Shown one piece after another: positions 36,901 to 49,462 of a stretch of 64,000 bases of DNA. Each line of letters begins with the position of its first letter. Position 1 is the stretch's first letter. The position numbers and the translations under genes were made by a program. This stretch comes from Obrimoposthia wandeli (taxonomy: Eukaryota), in assembly GCA_977020255.1 (NCBI GenBank), contig CDROCS010001033.1, positions 62,001 through 126,000 on the forward strand, in the 5' to 3' direction. The notes beneath the pieces were generated by a model, which was given only the letters and a program-made list of their open reading frames with translations, was not told the DNA's origin and did no database searches.

Positions 36901-39900
36901 AGAAATTTATGTACAGCGACCGAAACTTTATAAGAAACCAGAAGAATTATTTTATCGAGAAGAATTAATTTACGAGAAAATTGCCAGTCAGCGAAAAATC
37001 CCGAGAAAACTATTAGTTGCAATTAGCAACATTTCCTTACGCATCGTCATCGAAAAAAATAAATTATCGCCATCAACAAGTTTCCACGGTAACTTACTAT
37101 AAATAAGAATTGAAATTGATTCTCCATTTGCAGAAAAATATTCAAACAGAAATTGACAACACATTGACGGACATTGAACAACGTACGGATCTGGGACGAG
37201 GGATTTACCGGTAAGAACACATAAATTGTATTTTGCAAAATTAGCCTAGAAATTAAATAGTAATCAAATATTACAGGAGAAAATTCAGAGTTGCAACGTT
37301 GGATAGAGTTACAAGTGGGTAACCCAAATAATCGATTTCGGAAATAATTGGAGCAAAGAAACCAAAACTGAGCAACGTTAACACTGGGATCAAACACAGG
37401 AGAATTAAATATTGAATTGGTGAGAACACACGCATTACATACCATTTTTAAATTAACATAGTAAAGTTGAATTAAAGTATATTGAATTTGAGTTTGAAAT
37501 ATAGTGAAATTATTTGAATCAAAGTGTATTGAATTTAAACGTATAGTGAATTTACTGAAGTTAAACGTATAAATTAGTGAATTGAGAAACGTAAATTATT
37601 CATATTAAAACTTAAAATATTGAAATAAAATAAGCAAAGGATCGTCCCATTTTTCAGCGTGTTAGAAGTGATTCTATTGTATTAGACGTCCAACTCAAAA
37701 TTGTTAAACCATTTTAGTTGTGTTAACGTAATATAGTATTTCCTACAAATTGTCTAGACAATTTTAGTCACCAACCGTGTCGGCGTGAATACCCAAACAT
37801 ATAGGTTGGCCAAGAGACAACCACGGGATGGTACTCTAAGCACTGGGGTATTTGAGGATTGTTGTGTCCCAATATTACCGGAGTAGTATCGTTATCGTCG
37901 CTTGGCTCCGGCTCTTTTTCATATATTCAGTCTAAGTGACTAACTTGATTTACCCGAACTTTAACTTCTAAGTTCACATAACACCACATTATTTTTGGAA
38001 ACTCTACCAGTTGTTTGTGAACACAACTCGTTGAACACATCACAATACAAAAGTACAAAAACCTTCAGATTTGAGGTTAAAATTAAGTAAGACAAATATA
38101 GGTAGGCCACATCCATCTGTAAGTCATATCGCTACAGAACTCACGTTGGGGGCCTCCATACGAGGATCTAAGAGTTTCAATTAGAAACCCCAACAAATAT
38201 ATAAGTATGTATTATTCTATCCAGGTTAGAATATTACATTTTTATTCTTATATTTGACTAAATGTTATCTGAATTACCTTAACTTGTCCTCATACCCCGG
38301 GGGCTTTGTTCCAGAAGAGCCACATTTACCTACTAGTATTAACTCAAGTAGATGATTTGGTTATGAAAGAATTATATATTATGGGTCAAAGCCTATGAAT
38401 TCTAATGAAATAGGTTACTGTATTACAAGAAAAGAAATGCCAGTCATTGTGCATTTTACAGATTATTTCAAACACCATCTTTATGGAAAAAGATTTCGTC
38501 TTCGAACTGATCACAAAGCTTTAACTTCCATGCTTAAAACTAAAAAGCCAAACACCTCAATTCCAAAGTGGTGCAATCACCTGATAAGATGAAAACCACT
38601 CAAACACTGATGCACTTTTCAGAAGTAAATGTAGAACTCGTTTTCAATGCAAAACTAATCATGAAAATTCAAAAACTAGGAATCTGAAAACAAAAATTGA
38701 ATCACTTTATATATAGTTCAAAGTTGTGAAAATTGTCAGGAACGAAAAGCAGTAACAGAACAAAAGAATCAAATAAGGAATATTCGGATTATTCTTTTTA
38801 GTGTAGTTATAGATTTTTGTGGGTCATTGAAAACAACATATAATGGTAAAAATACATTAAAATAATAATTCAATTTAGTAAGTACATAGTTCTGAAAGCT
38901 ATAACTGATCAAAGCGAAAATGCAACAGCAACACAAAGTGATAAACTTAGTTTGTAATAAAATGAATTTACTGATTTGAGTACAAAATTAGACTAATATA
39001 AAAAAACATTGCCAATGTTGTACCAAAACTGTGAGTAGAATATGAAGTTAATTGAGTAAGGTCGTTTCTGTGGACAGTATAGGGGTCGTTCCAATGTAGA
39101 CCTAGCTAGACTACTAGACTGGATAGTAGAAGCTGTATCAGGTTTACCTTGTAAGTCTAACAAATAATGAGTTTTGATAAACCGTGTCCACACAACCCGT
39201 CAATCAATTTGGAGTTAAACTAGTAAATGATTTTTGAGTTTGTTAGTTGAGTTAGTATTCCAATATATTTCATTTTTTAAGCTATTTGTTTGAAAAACAA
39301 TATTTTGAATCGAATTCTTCATTAAAAATTACTATAAATTTTACATAAAGTTAAAACGAGTAAGTTTTAAATTTTATTAATTAATTATAGGTTATTGATT
39401 TTTAAAATAAAGGATGCCAAGAAAACATGATTATTTACATTTGCAAATAATAACATTGCATCAACATACAACAACAAAAAACAAATACCGAAATATCTGA
39501 TGATTTGGAATGTAATAAATCAACAGTTTCACGAGTTATTCAAAAATATGCAGAAACAGGTTCTAATAGATCAACATTTTCAAATTATGAACGCTATAGA
39601 ATATTAAATGAAATAGATTCTCATCATATGACATTGTTATGTGTGAGAAACCCAAGATCTAAAGACATTGAAATTCAACATCAAATGCAAGCTGAAGGAG
39701 AGGTAAGTCTTCTAACTTTTCAACGTGCTCTCAATTACGCGGAATGTAGAACTCGTTGGGCCTCGTAAAAGACAGTTTTAACTGATAATCATAAAGTAGA
39801 GGCTAAAATAAGCTTTAAAAAAATAGATAGTGAAGTATTTTGGATTGGAAAAGGTGCTATTAAACAAAGGTTGAGAAATGAGATAATGTTCCAATACCTG

Positions 39901-42900
39901 TCCGCTTAGTTGATATTCATGAATCAACAGATTAGCATTACAATAGGGTTGTTTTAAATCCCACAAGTGTCGTGATATCGTCATGTTTGTCATTTGGTTG
40001 TTTAGGACCAATAAGGGTAATTGAAGTACAAATGAATAGCCGATTCTGCTATTTTATCACAATTCGAAAAATTAAGGCTGAACAATAATGGTATATTATA
40101 TATATTAAAGAAAACTTCGGGCCATTATCAAGAAACAACTAAAACAACGTAAAATGAAAAGACAAGATATAATTAGAAATTTAACCAATATCTGATCGGA
40201 CAATACAGAAATAGTTCCCATGTATAAAAAAATTATAGAAAGTCTACCTAATCATATTGAATGTGTGATCGCCTCGAAGGGAGGTCATTGCAGATATTTG
40301 CTTTTTTAAAAATATTGTAGATTTTATGTCTGTATATTTATCTACATTATAATAAATCATAAATATTTTAAAAAATGTTCAATTTTGTGTTTTTCTGATA
40401 AATTTTAATAAAAATATTGTGTTGCAAACTTTTTGTCGCGTACTGTATATATATATATTGCAATAATTGATGGAATGACAATCACTAATGAGTGAATCTC
40501 AAGTTATGACTGGTTGCACAAAGGTTATAAAATGTCAAAAATTGTGAAAACTATTTCAAAATGTATCAATAACATTTATGATGAAAAACGTATTGAACTG
40601 TAAATTGTAAAGGATACTGTATTTTTACGTTATGTGTAACATCACATGTGCTTAGCTAAGACTCATTTACAGTTGAATGCCATGAAACACTATGAAACAC
40701 TCACGTCATTCTCCAGATACAGGAAGGTGCCGGATCGCAGAATCCGCTGGATCACCTCTCCATCACCGTTATTGTAGGCCTGCAACAACTGCCTCAGCGG
40801 ATCTGAATCGTCGTTGTCCAGCATGGATCTGGTGTGATCAGAATAGTGGAATTATCAAGCCAGAAACAGTGCTTCATAAACAAACTGATCTCCATCCGAC
40901 TCTGCATCCCCTTGTTAAAAGGGTCAGATTACGAAATCATATTAATGAGTTTCATTTTTTAAAGTATTAAAATTATACGGGCCTAAGCTTTTTTATGTAC
41001 TCGTTGAATAAACAGTTCATACTTTTCCGAATATGGCTGATTGTACCATATCTGGTACGAGTCAAGACTTCATTTTATATATTACAATTTCACAATTTTA
41101 CCATCTTTGCTTATTTCAGGACGGTTTCTTTTTGAAATAAAATGAAATTTCATTTAAATATACTTTAGACGACATTTTGACATTAAAACACCTTATAATT
41201 TAGTGATAAAATTAATACGATACTCTAAACATGTGTGAAAAAAGGTTAGGTCGGATTAAAGAGGGAATTTTACTGACAAAAAATACCTAGTCAGTCAAAA
41301 ATAGATTTGGAGTCGGAATACGAGAATCAGTGTAAAAAATCACTAACGTTAGCACTTAATTTATCTTTAATCAGTTCTCCAAAAAAAGGTCACATAAACG
41401 AGGGGGTCGGCCTAACAGGAGTAGACTGTAGCATAGACGAAAACTGGCTGGTTGACAATACAAAATCAATAGAATGTACAAGTATACAAAAGTGATCTTT
41501 TTCTTAACCAAATATAAGGACATATTATTTAATGTATAATGCGAGTAAATTTTTAATGTGATAAATAAATAAAATCATTTTTGTAATCGAAAAATAAAAC
41601 TGTTTTGAATTTGATTTTGTAAAATTGACTTTTGCAAAAATATGCACTCAAAATTTTAAAATGTCTAATTTCTTGTAAATGATTTTAAAAAATAGATGCA
41701 AAAAAGTGATTAAGTACGCACGTTTCCCTGCGAACACTGTAAAATAGTATTAATTGATTGACGTGTTTTTTTACTCAGTTTTGTTAACTGAAAATGCAAT
41801 TATTTGTAAAGATATGCGACGTGCAGTAAACTTGATCATCTAAATGACCCGTGAAATCTTTTGGGTTGGCCAAGCCAGCTCTAACAGAAGCACTGGGGTT
41901 CTTTAACGATCTAACTGCCGACATGTTGTTGTAATACAGTAGGTTTCTACTAAAAACCGTTAGACGGCATTCGTGACGAATTTTTATTTCCGCCCACTTT
42001 TTTAGATATTGCTATTGAAAATGCATTTACATAATATTCTAACGGATGTAGCTTATAATGAGTGAGTATTTCTCAAATCGTGAGTGGGATTCTATTATAA
42101 TTCCACTTCTGGACCCGGTTTATAATAAGAGGCTTACAAATTGTATAATCATATAACAAATTGATTTAAATCCAAAAAAATTAAAATTTACATTAAAAAT
42201 GTTACTGTTAAAAAATTGTTAGAGATATTCTATAACTGAAAATATAGAATTTATATTTTGAGCTCCGATAAGTCATAATGACGAGGTTTACGCCCTATAC
42301 GAAATAAGTTTTTTGTGCTTGTTACCGTGAGTTTATAGTAAAACGCAGTTAGCTGATAACTCCCCATTACATCAATGGTGATCACTGACCCGCTCATCTC
42401 CTCATAGAGTTTGGTGGCTGCTACGATGTCGTTGTCACGATGCAGGATGACGATGATGGCAGCGATCAGCGCCTTGCTGGCCTCGTGATTGACACCAGCA
42501 GCAGATGCCAGACGCATCTTATCACGCAGAGCAGCCACCACCTCTGCAGAGCTGGCAGAGCTCTCCCTCGCCAGCATCTTGGCTGCCAAGCCGGCGTACT
42601 CGCTCGCCTCACGCACGTTGTCCGTATCCTGTGCCGCCTCCGCGGAGAACCGGTACAGCCGACCAGCGGCTCCAGGGTGGGTCTGCTCAAGCTTCCTGCA
42701 TGAGAGACAAGACAAATGAATAACTTTAGTACTTCCTTTTCACGTTATTGACCACATTTGATTATTTAGAAAGAAAGAATCTTGAGCTGTAAATGAGCTG
42801 ACACCAAAATTATAATGAAGTGTTCGGTTAATCGGGATCTTACTGTATGGACATGATACAATACATTATTATATTTACAGATAACAACTTAATATTTTCT

Positions 42901-44981
42901 AATTTAATTCAAGCCTTAAGATGTGAACGAGTGTTAAGTATAAAAAATATATATAAATAAATATAAATCTATATATATTTAACTATATTTTATAAATAAA
43001 ATAAAATAAATAAATAAACTTTCTCACTATTTTGAACGAGTCCCATAAAAACAGTTTCGAAGCTTTGTATTTACAGAGTTTAAGGCGATGCTTACAATGA
43101 ACTAAATGACTGGTCCTGGCCAAAAAGCCTATCTAATTAGTATATACCTGGAGTATAGCAAACCCTGCAATAACTAATGTATTTTTATAGCAAACCGTTC
43201 TAATGGTACTTGGAATAAAATTGCTTTGTATATAGTGGTCATGCACTCAAAACGTTGATGTTGAAATGTTAAACACGAGTCAATTAAATTATGGTTAACA
43301 AGTCGAGGCCAAAAACTACTTTTAATTATTCTACAACAATCTTAAACTGATTTCAAGAAATTATTGACAAAGGTGTCCAAATTATTGATGAAATGTTCAA
43401 GTATAAAATAATTTTATTCCTAAAAAAGTGTTTAGTTTTAATGACATCTTGACATTTATATAATTTTTAGAAATCGAAGTTCCATGCTCTATAACATTGA
43501 GTGAGAGATATGAAGTCTTACATCACCTGTGCTTATCTGTGGACTGAGAAAATGCTTTTATGTACTAAATTTTTGCCGCTTGCGATGTGTATCCTATTTT
43601 CATATTTGCCTCACTTTTTATAAATAACTATTTCACAATTACAGTACTCTCGCCACACCCGTAGGAAAATGCTTGTAATAAAATATTAATTTTGCATTTC
43701 AATATGTTGTCTAACCTTTGATTTCATACACAAATAGTCTTGATGTACTTTATGACCACCATTGCAACTGGCGAGAAAAGGTTCTCAGTGGTGAAACAAA
43801 TAAATAATGTCCTCAGATCAACGAAATGCCGAAAGGGACTAGCTGTTATATCAAATGAAAACAATATGCTCCGCAATTTGCAATTCACAGATGTTTTGCA
43901 GATATTTGTTACCAATAAATTGTGTAAAGTAAATATGTGAATTATACTTTACTTACCATATAATAATGTTTATGCTTTTATTTATGTTGTATTGCACTGA
44001 CAAACTAATCAATAGAAATTCACAATATGTCCAAGAATAGATTGTATTAAACAATTATTGTTAAGAGTTATTTGAATTTTCGGCTATAGAAGAACAGTAA
44101 ACAGTCGGTAAACTGAAGAAATCTCTATATACTTATAATTTAATAACATGTTTAATTCAACATTTTATACAAAATAAGTAGCTGTATTGTAATAGCTTTA
44201 AAAAACGTTTAGTCAAAATACCGATTTAGGAATATTGATATCATATTCTCATAACTTGATTACCAAGCAATTAAGTGGTATTTCTAATATTTACTTTAGT
44301 TATAGACACTAAATTATGATCTTGGTCCCTTAGTCCTTGATATAGCGGCATTATACAGATATATTATTTTAGTAAGTAAATTAAGCACATTTTAACATAT
44401 TTCATAATTACTAACAGTATACAATTTTTAGAACAATAAACCGTGAACGTGCCTGCTCAAGCAGAATGTTATTGAATTTTAATTAATTACTTTCCGATGC
44501 GCTGCATCATTTGACAGGCCGCAGAGGCGGTGCCATTCACACGCAGCTGCGAGCCAGCTTCCAAAATCAGCTGCATTCCCCGTTCAATGTTTCCTTGATT
44601 CAGACAGATATCTGCTGCTGACTCTTGTGCCTTGGCAGCGTAGAATATCGAATGGTTTTTCTCGTGTAATTCTGAGACCTGCCAACATCGCGTTACAGTC
44701 AGTCAAGTATTTATAACACTAAATAAATCGATACATACTAAATAATTTCAACATACTTTCATTAAAATATTAATAGCATTTTCTAAATCCCCGCCAGCTT
44801 TAAAAGAATCAACAGCTGAACTGTAATAACTAATTGCACTATCGTAATCAGGCGACCATTTCATAAAAGACGTTTTTAAACTAAATATAATAATTTTCAA
44901 TTTGATTATTAAACACAAAAACCTTTTTTCAGCCTTTTTAACAAAATTATTTGCTTCTTCTATTTTGTTTCCACTTGACAT
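21957..44981 (-). CDS. NAPG: Gamma-soluble NSF attachment protein; exons 44981-44923, 44880-44757, 44678-44491, 42695-42390, 40828-40705, 22073-21957
   Basis: The spliced frame is continuous with GT-AG junctions: MSSGNKIEE..KAEKSLKTSFMKWSPDYDSA..FYAAKAQESA..NGTASAA..ILHRDNDIVAA..LRQLLQAYN..FLYLEND|YAKLARDL, colinear with human gamma-SNAP. Confidence 0.92.
23440..24300 (+). pseudogene. Mariner/Tc1-type transposase remnant, interrupted
   Basis: GISHTTVHKILRNDLNIKPYKI*FYQALYDEDFADRH (HTH linker) and FLIPCL..VFQNDGA (second catalytic Asp). Confidence 0.6.
24598..25370 (+). repeat. Diverged direct repeat pair (about 24598-24850, 25115-25370)
   Basis: Shared core gaacttatgatataccgacattctacataaaaa..ttttgtgaaactaaat. 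Confidence 0.7.
26250..28954 (+). mobile_element. hAT DNA transposon, 2705 bp, antisense inside the NAPG last intron
   Basis: Perfect 8-bp TSD GTTATAAT (26242-26249, 28955-28962). Imperfect TIRs TAGTGAGTAAACA / TAGGGGTCAAACA; ACCGGTAA subterminal repeats. Confidence 0.93.
26600..28479 (+). pseudogene. hAT transposase (BED finger, DDE core, dimerisation domain) with a stop at 27041-27043 and a frameshift near 27795
   Basis: VWQYF..CLQC..STSGLKAH, FSLTIDEYTS, VTTDGAS, CLAHACHL, TRWNST, ATSVESERAFS. Confidence 0.92.
29125..29722 (+). repeat. About 48-bp exact direct repeat (29125-29172, 29674-29722)
   Basis: aaaaatatgtacaagtgagttaatacttaatgttggataattctattatt occurs twice. Confidence 0.85.
30790..30988 (+). 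mobile_element. Internally deleted mini-copy of the solo-LTR family
   Basis: Starts TGTTAGGGTTAGGATTTA like 52695 and ends gagtttaaattattagaaagcccccaga like the family 3' end. No TSD. Confidence 0.55.
33556..34248 (+). CDS. Intronless TAF4-like histone-fold protein (230 aa), nested antisense in the NAPG intron
   Basis: DISFV..RVNELCRSHNL..DEAHDYLKRASTQFLHHIL..AAKAR resembles the TAF4 alpha1-alpha2 helices. After a long linker, KVRITAKQLILVIQ resembles the TAF4 C-terminal RVNLRDLIFCLE helix. Confidence 0.6.
   Translation: MECVPIKKIKLSSYQSVDSNQTSVEAKIVKNNYKLETHVADDVLYVEEKPLQDSNSSYASNMDLNDISFVPVDRVNELCRSHNLSMSDEAHDYLKRASTQFLHHILSQAFIAAKARDLANEVLRSDRHKLRMIPNPGTLPVTNSQTVEGITNRTLQSLRESGTTQTLLQEFKNIKSKIPAKIIDPPKEQKQVNHKVRITAKQLILVIQMHKAADQLTCLRTFKDLQNKIG
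35645..35795 (+). repeat. About 75-bp tandem duplication
   Basis: aataaaactcttaatatcttagttttacaatgttaac...caactacaacgtag occurs twice. Confidence 0.9.
36170..36662 (+). mobile_element. 3' part of an LTR of the same family (5' end not located)
   Basis: Carries the conserved 3' core and ends GAAACCACA; 36170-36260 matches 63917-64000. Confidence 0.7.
36711..38195 (+). mobile_element. Solo LTR, 1485 bp
   Basis: TGTTA...GAAACCCCAACA with a 4-bp TSD AATA on both sides; conserved 3' core. Confidence 0.8.
38395..39050 (+). pseudogene. Ty3/Gypsy pol remnant (RNase H and integrase pieces)
   Basis: ITRKEMPVIVHFTDYFKHHLYGKRFRLRTDHKAL, TDALF, CENCQERK, IDFCGSL; many lesions. Confidence 0.8.
39414..40445 (+). 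mobile_element. Tc1-like transposon remnant
   Basis: EISDDLECNKSTVSRVIQKYAETGS (HTH) and ESLPNHIECVIASKGGHCRY (C-terminus). Right TIR ...aactttttgtcgcgtactg followed by TA. Confidence 0.8.
42932..43033 (+). repeat. 102-bp AT-rich direct repeat, one mismatch (second copy 45158-45259)
   Basis: Directly visible; one copy is in NAPG intron 3, the other just upstream of the NAPG ATG. Confidence 0.9.
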
Positions 44982-46418
44982 ATCAAAAAAAGTATTATGC
45001 TATTTAAAATTAAAAGTCTGTAGTTTCTCATAAATAAACGTATTTAGAAAAATGTTTACCAAGAATAAAAAATAAATTAGAAGAAATAAATAAAAAAACA
45101 AATTAACTAATAGATTTCATACAAGATATTATAGATATTAAAGAAATTATAATATATTGTTAAGTATAAAAAATATATATAAATAAATATAAATCTATAT
45201 ATATTTAACTATATTTTATAAATAAAATAAAATAAATAAATAAAGTTTCTCACTATTTTAAACAAATATGCATTCATTTGAAAATTTATATCTAATGTAC
45301 AAAAATTAAATTAAAACAGTTATATACTTTTTGTTCATTTTCATTTGTATTTTACTTTTTTAAACATTATATATATTTACAATATTATTTTTTATTAATC
45401 ATATTTTAAAATTATTATTTGTATCTGTTTGACAATGTGAAAAAATCTTATGTACTATATAATGTATAATCTTACTCAAAATACTATTAAAATGGGGCAC
45501 TAAAAATTTTAACGCTTAAGTTGTTTTAATGAAATAATCTTCACATTATATAAATACTGAAACCTTTTAACTTCCTTAACATTAAATCTTTATAAAACCA
45601 ATTTTCGAGTAAAGAATTTAGCAAATTTATTAGCAAATTAGTCAAATGGATTACAAAATATAAGACAGAACTGATACATGGCCATGTAATTTCTTCATTT
45701 TTTGCCACTTCTAATAATTTGTCCCGTTTTTGTTAAAGATTCCTGTCAAGATTAGACAATGAAAATAAAAGAAAATAATTGTCATATAAGATCTACAATT
45801 AGTGATTCAATTCCTAAAAACAAAGAAAAAAATATAATTATATGGTTCTTTAATTTTTTAACATGCAGTTTTTATGTATAATAAAAGATATAACCCAATC
45901 GTATCAGAGTAGCAAAAATGATTCCACAGAAAGTCTCAACAAAATCGTACATCTAACAAGTGTAATAGTTATTAGGGTTTTTAAACTAATAGTTATTTTA
46001 TATGCGGCGACGCTAAGTTGTGCTAGATGTCAAAGAGTGAATTTGACGTAAATGTGAGTAAAAAAACTATAATGATGAATGGGGCAATTTGTCTTAGAAG
46101 TAAGTGTTCCAGTACACCTAAACTGCTTTTGGGAACGCGACGGAAAAGATAATAAATATTTATAAATTTGATGCCCTATGCCTTATTAACATAAAAATAA
46201 AACTGCAGCTTTTGAGTTAATAATTGTTTTATAAATATGTATTTTGACTGAACTCGAAACTGAACAATTTTGGTGATTCAGTCACTGTACCAGATCAAAT
46301 TACTCAACTGAGCAGGTTTTGAAAATTGAAACAACCTGTCAGAACAGAATTAGTTGAGATCGGCTGCTACTGCACTCCACTGAGGCTGATTACTCCCAAC
46401 TGAAACAACAACAAAACA

Positions 46419-47215
46419 TTGCCGATACTAGATCACTTTCAAAACAAAGATCAAACAAATGATCATAAGGCTGAAACCATCGCGAAGGTTTTAGTCGAAA
46501 AAATTATTTTTACTTTCGGTGCACCCCGAAAATTATTAACCGACAAAGGTCCTGAATTTATAAATAATGTATTAGCGTCAATAGCTGAAATTTTTCACAT
46601 AAAAAAGATCAATACAACACCATATCACCCTCAAACCGACGGATTAGTAGAAAGATTTAATAGAACCCTCGAAGATATGATGGGATCATACACAAACAAC
46701 AACCAAACAGATTGGGATTTACATATACCTCCATGCCTTTTTGCCTTTTTGCATATAGAACATCAGTACATGCATCTACAGGAGAAACATCTTTTTACCT
46801 TATGTGCCTCAGAGATCTTCAAATGCCTATTGACCTAACATTACTACAACCTACTACACAGTACCTAGAAATACCTGAATACAAAATAGAAATAAGAGAA
46901 AGAATAAAACTAGCATTCGAAAAAGCTAAATTATTTTTAAAAAACATACAAGAAAATTTCAAAGAATATTATGATAGAAGAACTAAGCCATCAAATATAA
47001 AAATTGGAAGTAAAGTAATGATTCACAATCCACAAATCTATGTAGAATTATCACACAAATTATCAAAACCATACAAAGGACCATATACAGTCATTAGTAC
47101 CAATGGAACTAACATAACAGCTAAACTCGACAATGAACCAAAATCAAAAGAAATAAGAACACATATGTCGAGAAATACCAGAGGAAAATACAAAAGTAAA
47201 AAGTCACAAATATAA
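46419..47215 (+). pseudogene. Ty3/Gypsy integrase core and C-terminus (5'-truncated, frameshifted by an 8-bp duplication)
   Basis: LLTDKGPEF, TTPYHPQTDGLVERFNRTL, YRTSVHASTGETSF, KLSKPYKGPY; gccttttt duplicated at 46735-46750. Confidence 0.92.
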
Positions 47216-47321
47216 CTTAAGATCAACTAACAATAATACTGTTCTACAAATGTTAACTATAAAAAACTCACAAAAACAAAACAAGACTAAATTGAGTCAT
47301 CAAACTAAAAATACAATAAAA

Positions 47322-48584
47322 ATGTCAATAAAAGAAATATGTAAAATAATGATGTTATTAATAATATATTTTACAGTAAAAAGTAACATAATAAAAGTAA
47401 ATGCTATAAACCTGAATGAAAATCAATTAATAGTAAAAGACGAAATAAATAGATACGACTCACAAACACATCTCATAAAAAATTTTGGACTTATTACAAT
47501 AATACCTGAAATCACATCAATAAAGTTGAAAATATCACTCTTTACAAAAAAATTAGGAAGAATTCAAATAATACAATCTGAAAAAAATCAAATAATAAAT
47601 ATTTACAAAATCGAATCAAAAAATTATATAATACCATTTTTAAGAACAGAAACACAATACAAAATAAGAGTTAAGTCGAATTTAAAGAATATAACACTTT
47701 ATGAAAGAATTATAGAAACTCACTTATACTTAACTTCAATATTAAAAACGACAGCAAAATATATAACAAAACATCAAATCATGATAAATTGGGAATTTCA
47801 ACTTAAAATAGATAATTTTGATAAAACCCTCATTAGAATTAGATATAGAGGATATAATGATCATTTTTGGAAAGACGCAGAAAAACAATTAGAAAAAACA
47901 CAAATCAGAACAAATATCACTATAAAAAATATAAGATATCCAGAAAAAATAATAATGGATAATAGAGAATATGTAATTACTAACAAACGAATAATGTATA
48001 GACTATGGGGACAACAATTTGAGACTTGTAAAAATCTAACAAACTTAAGGATTTTTGGAAATAAAATATCCAAATTATACCAACCTACGATTTTTTGTGG
48101 CCAATGGTCAGTAATTACAATTAAGAAATATATCAAAGAAACAACCATAAAACAAATACCACATACTACAACATTCACAACAAAGACTTATGAAATTACA
48201 AATCAAAGTAATATCACAGAAAATAAAACAATTAACAAACAATTAAAAACAACAAAAACAATACCCTATAAATCATTGAATGAAAGTCTAAAAATACACT
48301 TTAGTAAACAAAAATACTCAAAAAATATAAATAACATGGAAATTTTTATAACAATCATAATAATTGAAATCTTTACATTAATCATAAAAATAACATGGAA
48401 GGTTATTAAAGTAAAACATAACACAATTTTCAAAAAACTTTATCGGACTAAATATTGTGAACCACCTGGCCCATTTATGACATCCATCATACCTAGCTCT
48501 TCAAATTCATCTAACATATCAATAAATACAATAATTGAGAACAATAAACAGAAAATAGAAAAAATCTTTATAAAATTGTCATAA
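47322..48584 (+). CDS. Env-position type I membrane protein: signal peptide, two FN3-like domains, Thr-rich stalk, TM helix, cytoplasmic tail
   Basis: Signal MSIKEICKIMMLLIIYFTV; FN3 hallmarks YIIPFLRTETQYKIRVKS and YITKHQIMINWE..IRIRYR..W; TM MEIFITIIIIEIFTLIIKITW. Starts about 100 bp after the integrase stop on the same strand. Confidence 0.65.
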   Translation: MSIKEICKIMMLLIIYFTVKSNIIKVNAINLNENQLIVKDEINRYDSQTHLIKNFGLITIIPEITSIKLKISLFTKKLGRIQIIQSEKNQIINIYKIESKNYIIPFLRTETQYKIRVKSNLKNITLYERIIETHLYLTSILKTTAKYITKHQIMINWEFQLKIDNFDKTLIRIRYRGYNDHFWKDAEKQLEKTQIRTNITIKNIRYPEKIIMDNREYVITNKRIMYRLWGQQFETCKNLTNLRIFGNKISKLYQPTIFCGQWSVITIKKYIKETTIKQIPHTTTFTTKTYEITNQSNITENKTINKQLKTTKTIPYKSLNESLKIHFSKQKYSKNINNMEIFITIIIIEIFTLIIKITWKVIKVKHNTIFKKLYRTKYCEPPGPFMTSIIPSSSNSSNISINTIIENNKQKIEKIFIKLS

Positions 48585-48727
48585 GAAATACATGAATTGA
48601 AATACTAAAATAAAAACTAATCATAAAATAAAGTAATTATAATGTAGATAAAGGAAAGTGCGTATGTGTTTAGTTTAAATAGAAGATAGTAAAAAATAAA
48701 CTTAAAAACTTATTAACATTTTAGAAA

Positions 48728-49036
48728 ATGAGAAATTCAAAATTAGTACAAAATAATAGAATAAGATATAAGAGACAGAAGAAATGGGAAAATAAATTGT
48801 TGATAGAGAATATAAATCTGAGATCGCATTTAAAAGACAAGGAAATGGAATGTGAGCGAATGAATAATGCTTTTGACGTTGCAATTGAAAGACTAGAACA
48901 TAGCCAAACAAATCAGGAATTATTAGTACGACGACTCAGAGAAGCATTAAACTCTCTTGTATCGTTGAGATCAGTAATTAATCGTTTGATGGGATTTCAA
49001 CCGGGAGAAAGTGATGATTCCGGGTGTGAAAATTAG
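48728..49036 (+). CDS. 102-aa coiled-coil ORF, unknown function
   Basis: Intact ORF with a heptad-like charged/hydrophobic pattern and an acidic end. Confidence 0.5.
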   Translation: MRNSKLVQNNRIRYKRQKKWENKLLIENINLRSHLKDKEMECERMNNAFDVAIERLEHSQTNQELLVRRLREALNSLVSLRSVINRLMGFQPGESDDSGCEN

Positions 49037-49462
49037 TAAAATCCCCAGTGAGTAAATTAAAAAATAAAAGAAAATTGAGAATGAGTTTGGGCTTATGGCA
49101 TGTTTTTGGAGAGGAAATGTGTTTATGAATGGGTATTAATATTCATTAACTTTAGTTGAAATAGTAATAATAAAATTAAGAATAGGTAAAAAATGAATAT
49201 ATTAGTATAGATATGTATATATTGATATTGATAACACCAGTAATAAGAATATATATTAAAGAATGAAAAATTATATCTTGTTTATATACCTTGTTTGTTT
49301 GAACTTGTTACATGAAAAACTAAAATGATTTACAGACTTTTGATTAACAAAAAAGAGACAAATAAACTGACAAGAACATTTCATTTGATAGACATTTGAC
49401 AATTTTTTATATTTGCATGTAAAATCAACAATTTTTTTTTACTATATCTGTATATCCTACAG

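Noticed and set aside
42440-42723. Several overlapping ORFs on both strands
   Set aside because: Artefacts of the GC-rich gamma-SNAP exon 4.
46271-46290. TGGTGATTCAG as primer-binding site of the Gypsy-like element
   Set aside because: Upstream DNA does not match the candidate 3' LTR, and tRNA complementarity cannot be verified.
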